DNA of 64,000 bases, taken from positions 4,216,001 to 4,280,000 of the forward strand of contig NW_027139581.1 of the NCBI RefSeq assembly GCF_035084215.1, written 5' to 3'. How positions within the stretch are numbered: position 1 is the first letter of the stretch; the number at the start of each line of letters is the position of its first letter. Positions 13,056 through 24,580 of the stretch are shown here, one piece after another. Source of the DNA: Heptranchias perlo. Lineage: Eukaryota. A program made the position numbers and the translations under genes. The notes beneath the pieces were generated by a model, which was not told the DNA's origin, made no database searches, and saw nothing but the letters and a program-made list of their open reading frames with translations.

Positions 13056-14385
13056 TTTCTCTCTCATGGTCTAAAGAACGGTTAATAGAGAAATAATGTC
13101 ACCTCTTAATGTGAACCCTTTCTCTCTCATGGTCTAAAGAACGGTGGAGAGAAATAATGTCACCTCTTAATGTGAACCTTTCTCTCTCATGGTCTAAAGA
13201 ACGGTGTATAGAGAAATAATGTCACCTCTTAATGTGAACCTTTCTCTCTCATGGTCTAAGGAACGGTGTATAGAGAAATAATGTCACCTCTTAATGTGAA
13301 CCCTTTCTCTCTCATGGTCTAAAGAACGGTGCATAGAGAAATAATGTCACCTCTTAATGTGAACCCTTTCTCTCTCATGGTCTGAAGAACGGTGTATAGA
13401 GAAATAATGTCACCTCTTAATGTGAACCCTTTCTCTCTCATTGTCGAAAGAACGGTGTATAGAGAAATAATGTCACCTCTTAATGTGAACCCTTTCTCTC
13501 TCATTGTCGAAAGAACGGTGTATAGAGAAATAATGTCACCTCTTAATGTGAACCTTTCTCTCTCATGGTCTAAAGAACGATGTATGGAGAAATAATGTCA
13601 CCTCTTAATGTGAACCCTTTCTCTCTCATGGTCTCATGAACGGTGTATGGAGAAATAATGTCACCTCTTAATGTGACCCCTTTCTCTCTCATTGTCTAAA
13701 GAACGGTGTATAGAGAAATAATGTCACCTCTTAATGTGACCCCTTTCTCTCTCATTGTCTAAAGAACGGTGTATGGAGAAAAAAATCCCACCTCTTAATG
13801 TGAACCTTTCTCTCTCATGGTCGAAAGAACGGTGCATAGAGAAATAATGTCACCTCTTAATGTGACCCCCTTTCTCTCTCATTGTCTAAAGAACGGTGTA
13901 TAGAGAAATAATGTCACCTCTTAATGCGAACCCTTTCGCTCTCATTGTCTAAAGAACGGTGTATAGAGAAATAATGTCACCTCTTAATGCGAACCCTTTC
14001 TCTCTCATGGTCGAAAGAACGTTGTATCGAGAAATAATGTCACCTCTTAATGTGACCCCTTTCTCTCTCATGGTCTAAAGAACGGTGTATAGAGAAATAA
14101 TGTCACCTCTTATTGTGAACCCTTTCTCTCTCATGGTCTAAAGAACGGTGTGTAGAAAAATAATGTCACCGCTTAATGTGAACCCTTTCTCTCTCATGGT
14201 CTAAAGAACGGTGTGTGGAGAAATAATGTCACCGCTTAATGTGAACCCTTTTTCTCTCATGGTCTAAAGAACGGTGTGTAGAGAAATAATGTCACCGCTT
14301 AATGTGAACCTTTCTCTCTCATGGTCTAAAGAACGGTGTGTGGAGAAATAATGTCACCGCTTAATGTGAACCTTTCTCTCTCATG
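13056..14385. repeat. ~63-bp tandem array, 21 copies, in the J-CH1 intron
   Basis: Unit TCTCTCTCATGGTCTAAAGAACGGTGTATAGAGAAATAATGTCACCTCTTAATGTGAACCCTT; the ORF track shows a 21-aa periodicity. Confidence 0.97.
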
Positions 14386-16424
14386 ATGCACCGAGCAACT
14401 TCTCCCATTTGCTTTCTTGCTGTAATCAAATATTGGGCCAAGTTTCGCGGTAATTTCTGTTTACTCCTAATGTCCCGTTACTTCAAGATACAAAAATAAT
14501 AATAATATCAACAACAATAATAAAAGTAATACTAATAATGTGGTAATAATAATATTATTCATAACAGCTACAATAATAACTATTAATAATGTCAGCCAAG
14601 AAACGCCTTGTAAATGCGGGTAGGACCTTTGGACCAGAACTGTTCCCTGTCCTATTCTCCCGCCGCCCTCAACACATCTGAGTCCGGGGTCTCTGTATTA
14701 TTTGTTGACCGACTGGCTCGGGTCTCAAATCACCAACACGGATGAGCTGCGTCACCTCTATTTGCTAAACTAGCGCCCTTCCGTTTCTTAAGTGATCTGT
14801 ACCATAGCCTCGACTGCAGAGAAACTGTTCAATAAAACACTAAAGGTAGATTTTTGTCTTCGCTGGCTGTGTATTAAGGATAATCTCAGCGTCGCGCTGA
14901 ACAACAATCTGGGGTGGGGGGAGGGGGTAGGGAAATCTGATCGGGAAAACTGGACGTCCCTCAGAATCAACCTGATCTTCCTCCTATTTAAACTAATGGA
15001 AGTAAAATCGGGAGAGTTTTGTAGCAGGTCTGCAATCCTCTCCACTCAAATTTCCTCTCTGTGCACAGAGCAGGGATTGTTTAACGCCCGGGCGGGAATC
15101 TATATCTTGCACACTTTAACTTCGAAATGTGGAATTCAGTGTAATTCAAGTTGAACTGAAACTACACAAGGATCCGTGCAAAACAGAGCAGCGCTTCGTT
15201 TAATTATCAGAGACGCTGAATATAACGGAGCAATTGGAGAAAAGAGCCTTTGGTTCGAACTTCCAACTTCGGCGGGAGCGTAATTCAGGGAAAACCAGGC
15301 GTTGTGTCATTCGGAGAGCCCATCCGCTACCGCCCGTTTTATGCCCCGCACAAGTTGAATTTTACCTCCAGAGTGCGGAAAATAAATTAATGTTGATATT
15401 AACGTCATTTTATTTAAACAATTCTGTTTGAAGTTTAAAATTGTTTCTAGTTTCCTTCCAGCCTTACCAGGTCCGTAGTTTTTAAAATTTAATTAACTAA
15501 TGTAATTAATTTAACGAAGATCATTTTAACAATTCTGCTTAATTTCCAGCAATATCCGCATCGCTGCCTCCAACCTTATAATTTCCTCCACTCTGCCTAG
15601 TTTATTTCTTGTCTATTTCCAACCTTGTGAAGTCTGAAAGTTCTTTGATTAAAATATATTGCTGTTAATTTTGACTTGGTGGGACAGTGTAAAACTGGTG
15701 ATTCACGTCATTGGAAATAAAAGCCGGGAGAGATGTTAAACGCGCTGTCGACTCCCCAGCACCCGTTTCGCACTGTCGCCAAAGTCAAAATTACCCCCAT
15801 TCATTTTATAAATTCTGTTTGGCTTCTATACCAGTTTATCTCGTTCTGCCTATGATTTTCCACACTTCTTTAGTAAAGCCTGTCTCACTACCTAAAAGAG
15901 CCAACATTTTTGTCCAGTTTACTGACAATAAAACTGCCTCCATTGAAGAGTAAGTACTTAACAAACCAAGAGCTATTTTAAATTGAAATCTATCCAGCCA
16001 CAGGCTCCACATTGTTCATTAATTAAATATAATATATAAAATCATCAAGACGAAACCAGGATACAGCAACTAATTAAAATCTGCAGTGAGACCTTATGGA
16101 GCTCAATCACAACTGAGTAAGAAAGGCGGTGATTTGTTCATAATAGATTGATTTTTCTGCCATCTCTGACATTTTCTCCTGACGGTGTTGTGTATGGTAC
16201 AATTGTGGAAGGCGGTTTGTGTTTAATTGATTATATTGTAAGTTAATATTGATATTAGTTGATGCTGTATTAAATTATAATAAAATCCAATATTAATTTT
16301 AAACCTGCTTCTGCCCGCAACCTTGTGCATTGTGGAAATGTTAACAAAATTTTCGTGACCGATATTCAATATGATCGAATCGAATATTATACTAATAGAT
16401 TAATACATTAGTTTTATGTAAATA

Positions 16425-16660
16425 AAGGCACAGAGATTAGTTTTAAATTACGCAGCGAGTTGTAATGATCTAGAATGCACTTTAAGGGCGGTGGAAGCAG
16501 ATTTAAAAGTAACTTTCAAAAGGGAATTGGATAAATACTTGAAGGGAAAAAAACAGGGCTTTGAGGAAAGATTGGATATCTCTTTCAAAGAGCTGGCACA
16601 AGTACGATGGGCCGAATGGCCTCCTCCTGTTCTGAACCAACTATGATACCATGATTCATC
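16425..16660 (+). mobile_element. CR1 3' end
   Basis: Same 3' UTR (ATGGGCCGAATGGCCTCCT) as the other CR1 tails. Confidence 0.75.
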
Positions 16661-17238
16661 TAGCCTCTAATAATATTATGCGCTGTCTCTCCACAATTAG
16701 AATCTCTGTAGTTTTCTGAGCTCACTGAAACAATATAGACTGCGGATTTTCACAGTGTCTTTCACATGATGGAGTCAGGAGTGGATTTTCAAGCAGTTTT
16801 CCATACGGCCGAGCGAGTACTCGACACTCAGAAAGAATTTCAGTATATCCTGAAAGTAGCCCGATGTACATGATCTCGGACTGAGCCCAAAGCATTTGGG
16901 ACGACATTATAACCGAGAACTGCATTAGCCAGATGTTATCAAATTAAACATTGCAGAAACAAAAATAAACGCAGTTCAGCATCAGGTTTCTAGTTTCAAA
17001 TAACCCATACTAGCAGATAAACAAGATCCCACAATAATCAAGGAGAAATGCAGGACTAAAACAGCTGCTTTGATCTATAAAAACTCAGATGCACAATCAA
17101 AAGTTACACACCAATAAATCGAAGGAAACAGTGCCAACTTTACAGGATCGTGGAAATAATTAACTCTTAAAACCAAACGAAATATAAGATTAAACATACA
17201 AATTAAACACTGCTACTAAATTAGTGCATGTTTCTTAC

Positions 17239-17286
17239 CTGCAGTCACCGTCACCATGGTCCCTTGTCCCCAGTAGTCGAAGTAAT
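17239..17286 (-). CDS. IGHJ: IgH J segment
   Basis: Encodes YFDYWGQGTMVTVTA (WGxG motif); donor G|GTAAG. Confidence 0.97.
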
Positions 17287-17325
17287 CACTGTGTTACATT
17301 CCTTCACCTGGGTCACACAATAAGG
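17287..17325 (+). other. J 5' RSS, 23-bp spacer
   Basis: CACTGTG (17287-17293), 23 nt, then ACAATAAGG (17317-17325), reading away from J. Confidence 0.82.
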
Positions 17326-17672
17326 GGCTCTGCACACGGTATAGAAAACAGTCTACATTATTTTAAGTTTTGATATTCCAGAGGCAAGGTAAAGTTACGA
17401 TAGATTGATGTGATATTAAAAATCATTATATATGGTAACAAATGGTTCCATTTGATTGTTTATAAATTACTTTGATATTTGCTATGTCATACATTAGTTG
17501 ATGAACATGTTTCGAAACGCCAACAATTTAGTGAAGAATTGTTATAGTTGATCTGCCGAATCCTTGCCAGGACTGCAGTGCGAGATAGCAATACATGAAT
17601 ATTACTTTAATATATTCGCAGTTGTATTCCAGCCGGAGCACTGCCCCAGTTTCACCCCATGAGTGTTGAAAG

Positions 17673-17741
17673 GGTTTTTGTATTGACAATTAATGCTGTG
17701 CCACCCAGGTATACACCATGATACACACCGTGTCAAATACT
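17673..17741 (-). other. D2 segment (coding 17701-17713, TATACCTGGGTGG) with 12/12 RSS
   Basis: V-facing CACCATG-12-TCAAATACT; J-facing CACAGCA-12-ACAAAAACC. All three frames are open. Confidence 0.92.
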
Positions 17742-18058
17742 TCTGCCAACATATAGCTTTGGTATGTAGATCTAAATTCCAAACAGCTTCCAAAAAACTC
17801 GACTCAGATTCACCAGTGGATGCATTAATGTGATGCTTGTATCAGTATAACTTGTTATATGTTTATAAAAAGCCACGTTTTACTGTTAAGACACACAACC
17901 AGTCTTTGCATGGAATTTAAATTCGTCAGTTCAATGTACCCTTTATATCTGGTTTTATAAACTTGGAGATATTTCTGACAGTGATATATATGGAATGACA
18001 CTAATGTTGCTGTTCATGATGGTTTTGTGATCACAGATTTCAGCAGGATCCCGCTCAG

Positions 18059-18139
18059 TGTTACTGTATGACGAGATGTCGATATGAAGCACTGTGGATC
18101 CACTGTAGTATCACAATGACACACGCCAGCACAAATACT
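18059..18139 (-). other. D1 segment (coding 18097-18111, ATACTACAGTGGATC) with 12-RSS on the V side and 22-RSS on the J side
   Basis: V-facing CACAATG-12-ACAAATACT; J-facing CACAGTG-22-ACAGTAACA. All three frames are open (ILQWI / YYSG / TTVD). Confidence 0.93.
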
Positions 18140-18516
18140 GCACTCGTTCTCTGTTCAGCACTGTCTGTCAAAATTCACTTTCAAAAAACCCTTATTGCGA
18201 CTGCAACCTGACTAGAAGTTCACTCAGGGTGAGAGAAAGAGAACACATCTGTGCACATCAGCGACCAGTGGTAGAATATATTGAAACAAGTATTAACTTC
18301 AAATTTCCATTCCTCACACATAGAAGTGCTGGACATACAGCAGAGTCCCTTCTCCTCATTATTGCAACAACAGTTCATATTTTATATCAGTTAACTGTCC
18401 TTAAACGAGATGCTTTGGTAAGAAATACCTTCTATTTGAAAGTACTACTATTAACATTGTACTTTATTTAATTACTAACCGTCAGGTTATAGTGGGAACG
18501 GTTGGATTTCTCCTCC

Positions 18517-18555
18517 TGTTTTTGTACAGGTCCAGCCCCGGTCTCCCTCCCCGTG
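18517..18555 (-). other. V 3' recombination signal sequence, 23-bp spacer
   Basis: Heptamer CACGGGG (18549-18555, non-canonical), 23-nt spacer, nonamer ACAAAAACA (18517-18525). Confidence 0.9.
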
Positions 18556-18858
18556 GGTCTCTTGCACAGTAATACATGGCGGTGTCTTCGGTCTTCAAAT
18601 TAGTCATTTTCAGATAAAAGGTCGTGCTGTCTTTGGAAGGGGTGAATCGATCTTGAACTCCGGGTGCGTAATAATTCGTATGTGCGGGGCTAAGATAGCT
18701 CAGTAACCACTCCAGCCCTTTCCCTGGAACTTGCTTAACCCAAGCCATGTAATAGCTGTTGATATCGAACCCAGTCACCGAACAGGACAGTGTCTGAGTC
18801 TCCGTGGGCTTTGCGGTAACGGAATCCGATTGAGTCAGCACGATGTTGCAATGGACAT
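18556..18858 (-). CDS. IGHV: Germline IgH V segment (IgW-like framework), open frame
   Basis: Acceptor ctctcag|AT. Encodes [97 protein letters not shown] with conserved Cys, Trp and YYC, followed by an RSS. Confidence 0.97.
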
Positions 18859-19148
18859 CTGAGAGTGGGGGAGAAAGATCGGATGTCAATTAAAACAGGC
18901 AAAATTATAGATAGTCATAAAAGTAAAACAGAATATTTAAAAGCGAGAGCTGGGTTAATCATCCCTCTTGTCGTTCATTTTTTATACAATATCTAGAACG
19001 AATTATTGAAGGTTTAATTTTTTTGTAATGCTGGAGAACTGATAAATCGGTTCTTTCCTGACGTATTTGCAATTTCGCTAAGATAATCTTCACATTACAA
19101 TCAGAGGAATTTCTCCCACCCAGAGCTGAAAAGGGAAAGAGTACTCAC

Positions 19149-19194
19149 AGGTAAAGTAAGACAGAAGTAAACAGAGGTAGAAGCCAAGCGCCAT
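19149..19194 (-). CDS. IGHV: IgH leader (signal peptide) exon
   Basis: 46-nt exon ATG GCG CTT...ACC T|GTGAGT encodes MALGFYLCLLLSYFT. It splices in phase 1 to the V exon, giving the leader MALGFYLCLLLSYFTYVHC. Confidence 0.92.
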
Positions 19195-19269
19195 CGTTTG
19201 CTTTCTTGATCAAACCCTCTGCTCCCCAGAACAGCCTCCTGATTACTGACCTGAAGCCGAGCGCTCCAC

Positions 19270-19277
19270 TATTTAAA
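19270..19277 (-). promoter_or_regulatory. TATA-like box of the IgH V promoter
   Basis: TTTAAATA about 75 nt upstream of the leader ATG; no perfect octamer nearby. Confidence 0.5.
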
Positions 19278-21506
19278 CTGCCTGGAGCTCCGTGATCTGA
19301 AGCCCGGGGCTGGAAATCATCCGCCTCCTTCAGCAGTAGTTTGGCTCCTCCTCTCTTTTCCTTTCTCAGCTCAACGATCTGATTTTCGATCAACAAAAAA
19401 TTAGCACCAATAATCCATTTTCTGTGCTCACCTCTCAAAATTACATTTGCTTTGTATTGGCTAATTATCGATCTCGATAATACAGTTAATCCAAAACAAA
19501 TTTAGTTTAAAAGATAGTATAAGGAATCTGATTCTCCCCACATTTTTATTCCCTGTACTGTTGGTGTCAGTGAATAGAATGCAAAAGGAGAGAGGAAGTG
19601 ATTAATATTGTACCAATTCTACAGATGTTTAACAAACTTTGGGAAACTGGTGCCTTTATTTTCAGGTATCAGATATCGTTTCCATGCAGTTCTTTACTTA
19701 ACGTGAGCTCTCCCCATCACTCGGGCCCCTGATACTAACTTTACTATCGGTAGTGGGGTAAAGTCACTCATATTGAACGATTGTAAATTGTGAAGCAATC
19801 CACCTGTCTGTGCAGGAGATTACACAGTTTCTCCAAAACTGTCACCCTCAGAATTAAATTCTCAAACGCCTTGCTTTCTAATGAGAATTACCGTATTGCA
19901 CATTGTAAAGGTCCTGAACACGACAAAATTAAAGACTATTGAAACGTGTGAAACAAAAAAAAATAAACGGAGATATTGTTTTATTAATGTTAGATAGATT
20001 TCTGAATTTTTACAAGGAAAGTGAGATTATTATTTCACATGTTCTAGCTAAAGGTCTGATCTTTGATCCATTGTTGGATTAATCAGAGATGCAGCTGTTT
20101 TGGTTCCAGTGAACGTGACTCCCAGCGCTGGGTAGAATTCGTGTTGTGGGCAANNNNNNNNNNNNNNNNNNNNNNNNNNNNNNNNNNNNNNNNNNNNNNN
20201 NNNNNNNNNNNNNNNNNNNNNNNNNNNNNNNNNNNNNNNNNNNNNNNNNNNNNNNNNNNNNNNNNNNNNNNNNNNNNNNNNNNNNNAACTGTACATGTAA
20301 ATTAATTTCAAAATTTACAGCGCCTCTGCTCACTTTTGATTCCAATTAGAAATCTCCGGAACTGAATAATTAAGGACAGATTCTGCGCGCTGTGCAATTT
20401 AATTACACACAGTCAATGATGTATATATACTTTTTATGTGTATATATTAAACATATGATATTATATATGGTACGTTCCCTGGAGATAGATATATATATAC
20501 ATATATTTCATGTTTTAAATTTAACGTGAATGCAGTGTTGGAATTACAGTCAGACCAGATCTGTGTGTAACTATATTTCCCAGTCTCAGTGTTCGTTGCT
20601 GTTGTTCGCTTTGATTATAAACGAACAGCTTTCAGTATTCCCGAGTCCTGTAAAGAAAGAATAATTTCATAAAATGCTTGTATTTTATCGGTTATTCTGT
20701 TCCTCATATCAATAACCGCCTGTATATTTTTGCGGAAGTAGCACATATTCCCCAGCCTACTGCCGGATTACAGTAGGTTATGGAAAATATCAAGGCTAGA
20801 ATGGTCTGTACTCGGAATTGAAAATTATTTCGATAATATCTCAAGGTTCTTACATTCTATAATCGCATTTTATGATATTGTGCAGGGGGGATTTGCAGAC
20901 AATTAGACTTTAGATGTTATCGCATGTTAAAGACGTGCTTTTGTTGAGTAGTTAAACCTCGTTTTGTTTAAACCCATACTCAAGCCATATCTGTAAAACA
21001 TTCCTTGGGGGAAGTCCGTCTTACTGTTGTCAGGAAATGGCGAAAACTCACAATGTAATTTACAAGAAGCATCTGCGGGTTCTGTGGAGTAAATCAATGA
21101 GCTGTTTCCTGAGAACTGACCGCAGAGCTGAAAGCCGAGTTCAACCTCCATTCATTGTGAGTAAAGCCGAAAGGTACACAGATCTCCCCAGCAACAAATG
21201 ATACTTACGTTACAACGAACCCCATTGGTTGTATTAAGTTGTATTTAGCTGCCTTAGTTCTTTGCCGACCTGTTTTATAAGCATATCATGTACTTCTTCC
21301 ATTGCTCTCCGTCTCAAATATCCCATCCAATTCATCACAATCTATCTCCTTCAATTACAATATAAAATTCTGTCATATCTGCCCTTAGACTGAGTTCACA
21401 AATGAAAATAGGTCCAACTCCTTCAGCCCAGCCTGATACCAAAATACCCTGAGACTGGGTGTCATTTTACTTGCCCTGGTCTGCACCTCCTTAGGGCCAT
21501 GATGGT

Positions 21507-22835
21507 CCCCTCTATCTCCCCTCTATATAACCCCCTAAATTCCTCTCTATATTCCCCTCTATAATCCCTTCTATGTTCCGTCTATTTTCCACTCAATATT
21601 CCCCTATATATACTCCTATATATTCCCTCTATTTTCCCCTCTATATTCCCCTCTATATTCCTCTCTATATCCCAGTCGAAAATGCCCCTCTATTTCACCC
21701 TCTATGGTCTCCTCTATAGTCCCATCTGTATCCCCCCTCTATATTTCCTCTACATTCCACTCTACATTCCTCTCAATATTCCCTCTCTGTATCCCCATCC
21801 ATTTCCCCTCTATACTTCCCCGGTATTCCACTCTACATTCCTCTCTATATTCCCTCTCCATATCCAACTCTATATTTCCCTCTATATCACCTTCTATATT
21901 CTCCTCTATATTCCCATCTATATGCCCCTTTATATCCCCCTCTGTATCCCCCTTTATATCTCTCTCTATATCCCCTCTATATTCCCCCTATATACTCTCC
22001 TCCATATCCCCCTCCAGATTCCCTTCGATAACTCCCTCTATTCTTCCCTCTATATCCCCCTATATCCCCTCTATATCCCTCCCTATAATCCCCTCTATGT
22101 CACCTCTATATCCCCCACTATAATCCCCACAATATTCCCGCTATATCCCCCTATATTGCCCCATCTATATCGCCCTCTATATCCCCTCTGCATTGCCCCT
22201 CTATAATCTCCCTATATTCCGCCGCTAAATTTCCCTCGACATCACCCTCTATATACCCCTCTTTTCCCCCCACTATATCCCCTCTGTATTCCTCTCAATA
22301 TTCCACCTCTATATCCCCCTCTATATTCCCATCCATATTCCCCTCTATATTTCCCCTCTATATTCCCCTCTATATTCCAGTCTATATCCCCTTGTATATC
22401 CCCTCTATATTCCTCTCTATATTGAACGTCTATCATCCCCCCTTATACCCCTCTCTATTCCCCTTTATATTCTCTCCATATTCCTCTCAATATTCCCTCA
22501 ATATCGCCCTCCGCACCACCTCTATTTCTCCCTCTATATCTCCCTCTATAACCTCCGCTATATCCCCTCTGCATTGCCCCTCGATAATCCGCTCTATATT
22601 GCCTTTCACATTTCCCTCCATATCCCCCTCTGTATACCCCTCTGTAATCCCCTCTATGATCCCCTCTATGTCACCTCTATATCCCCCTCTATAATCCCCT
22701 TTGTATCCCCCTCCATAACCCCCTCTATATTCTCCTCTGTATTCCCTTCTATATTCCCCTCTATAACCCCCTCTATATTCTCTTCTGTATCCCCCCCTAT
22801 TTTTCCCTCTATATCCCCCTCTATATTCCCCTCCA
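21507..22835. repeat. Low-complexity (CTATATCCCC)-type satellite
   Basis: Degenerate 11-12-bp C/T-rich units. Confidence 0.95.
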
Positions 22836-23184
22836 CCATGTATGGGCACCAGTATGAATGCAATGCTCCAAGTGTGACTCTGTCAAGAACTTGCAGAAAA
22901 TTAGAAAGTGTATTGAGTGAGTCATTAAGGGAAGACTATTTCCTCTATTTGGGGAGTCAGCAATGAGGGGTCACCAATATAAATTGTCTATCAGAGAATG
23001 AGGAAGTGACTTGACGGTATGGAGGTTGGAAGAGAAATCATTGGTAAAGATACTCTGGTTACAAGCAGGTGCGCAAGGTTGATCAAAGCAAGTTAAGTCC
23101 CGCCGAGCTGGACGACAGAGGAAAGGCGTTGAAGGAGGATGGTGTGATTAAGGCATGTGGATCATAGTCACTGCACTTAGTCAC

Positions 23185-23510
23185 ACCGTCATCTTTCTCC
23201 CTCTGTTGTTGTCTCTCTGTAACGTTCACTGCACTCGGGCACACCTTTAGCTATCACTCACAAAAACCAGTCGAACTTTTATCTATCTCCCTCTTGGTGT
23301 CTCTGTCAATTACTGTACTCAGTGTCACCTTTATTATATACCTCTGTTGTTGTCTCTCTGTATCGTTCACTGCACTCAGTCGCACCTTTATCTATTTAGC
23401 TCTGTTGTTGTCTCTCTGTATCGTTCACTGCACTCAGTCACACCTTTATCTATTTCGCTCTGTTGATGTATCTCTGTATCACTGTACTCAATCACAGCTT
23501 TAGCTATCTC
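23185..23510. repeat. ~58-bp tandem repeat, about 5 copies
   Basis: CTCTGTTGTTGTCTCTCTGTATCGTTCACTGCACTCAGTCACACCTTTATCTAT recurs. Confidence 0.8.
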
Positions 23511-23519
23511 CCTCCATTT

Positions 23520-24085
23520 GTGTCCCTCGAGCCTGTTCCACCATTCATTTAGATCATGACTGATCTGTATCTTCACTCCATTTACCCACCTTGGTCCCAT
23601 ATTCCTTAACACCCTTACCTAGCAAAAATCTATCATTCTCAGTTTTTCAATTTCGAATTGACCTTGCATGAACAGCTTTTTGGGAGAGACAGTTCCAGGT
23701 TTGCACTGCCCTTTGTGTGAAGAAGTGATTCCTGACATCACCCCTGAACGGCCTAGCTCTAATTTTAAGATTATGCCCCCTTGTTTGGATTCCCCCACAA
23801 GAGCAAATAGTTTCTCTCTATCGACCCAATCAAATCCTTCAATCGTTGTAAGCACCTCAATTACATCACGCTTTAATCTTCGAGACTCGAGGGAATACCG
23901 GCCAAGTCAATGCAATCTGTTCTCAGCATTTAACCCTTTTAGCCCCACTATAATTCTGGTGAATCTGCCCTGCACCCCTTCCAAGGTCAAAATATCCTTC
24001 CTGAGGTGCGGTGCCCAGAACTGAACGCAGTGCCCTAATTGGGGTCCAACCAGAGATTTATACAACTGTAGCATAACTCCGATAA
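23520..24085 (-). mobile_element. CR1 3' end
   Basis: ORF2 C-terminal motifs and 3' UTR. Confidence 0.85.
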
Positions 24086-24234
24086 CATAACATATTTACC
24101 ATAGTTCTGCCGATGGTATTATTTTTTACGTCTTTCTTTAATCCCTGGGCTGCTTCCTGCTGTCGGCCACTTTCTCCACCCTGACCAACTTCCCATGAAG
24201 TTACCGAATGAAAGTAATTTATGAAGATCGCAAA

Positions 24235-24580
24235 CAGTAAGGCCGCCAGTGCTAATCCCTTAGGCACTCCACTGAGTTCACATGTTCAGCCGGATATCCG
24301 TTCAGTAAGGCCGCCACTGCTTATCCCTAAGGCACTCTACTGAGTTCACATATCCAGCCGGATATCCGTTCAGTCAGGCCGCCACTGCTAATCCCTGAGG
24401 CACTCTATTGAGTTCACATGTCCAGCCGGATATCCGTTCAATAAGGCCGCCAGTGCTAATCCCTTAGGCACTCCACTGAGTACACATGTCCAGCCGGATA
24501 TGCGTTCAGTCAGGCCGCCACTGCTGATCCCTGAGGCGCTCTGTTGAGTTCACATGTCCAGCCGGATACCGTTCAGTAAG
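24235..24580. repeat. 68-bp minisatellite, 5 copies, derived from CR1 RT
   Basis: Unit CAGTAAGGCCGCCAGTGCTAATCCCTTAGGCACTCCACTGAGTTCACATGTCCAGCCGGATATCCGTT. Confidence 0.9.

Noticed and set aside
13056-14385. CRISPR-like array or repeat-protein ORF
   Set aside because: Head-to-tail units with no unique spacers in a vertebrate intron; the short ORFs are by-products of the 63-bp period.
17239-18858. Germline-joined (IgM1gj-like) or somatically rearranged VDJ
   Set aside because: All six RSSs and the intersegment DNA are present, and CH2 is retained.
21682-22966. Pro/Tyr/Ile-rich ORFs
   Set aside because: Translations of a low-complexity satellite.
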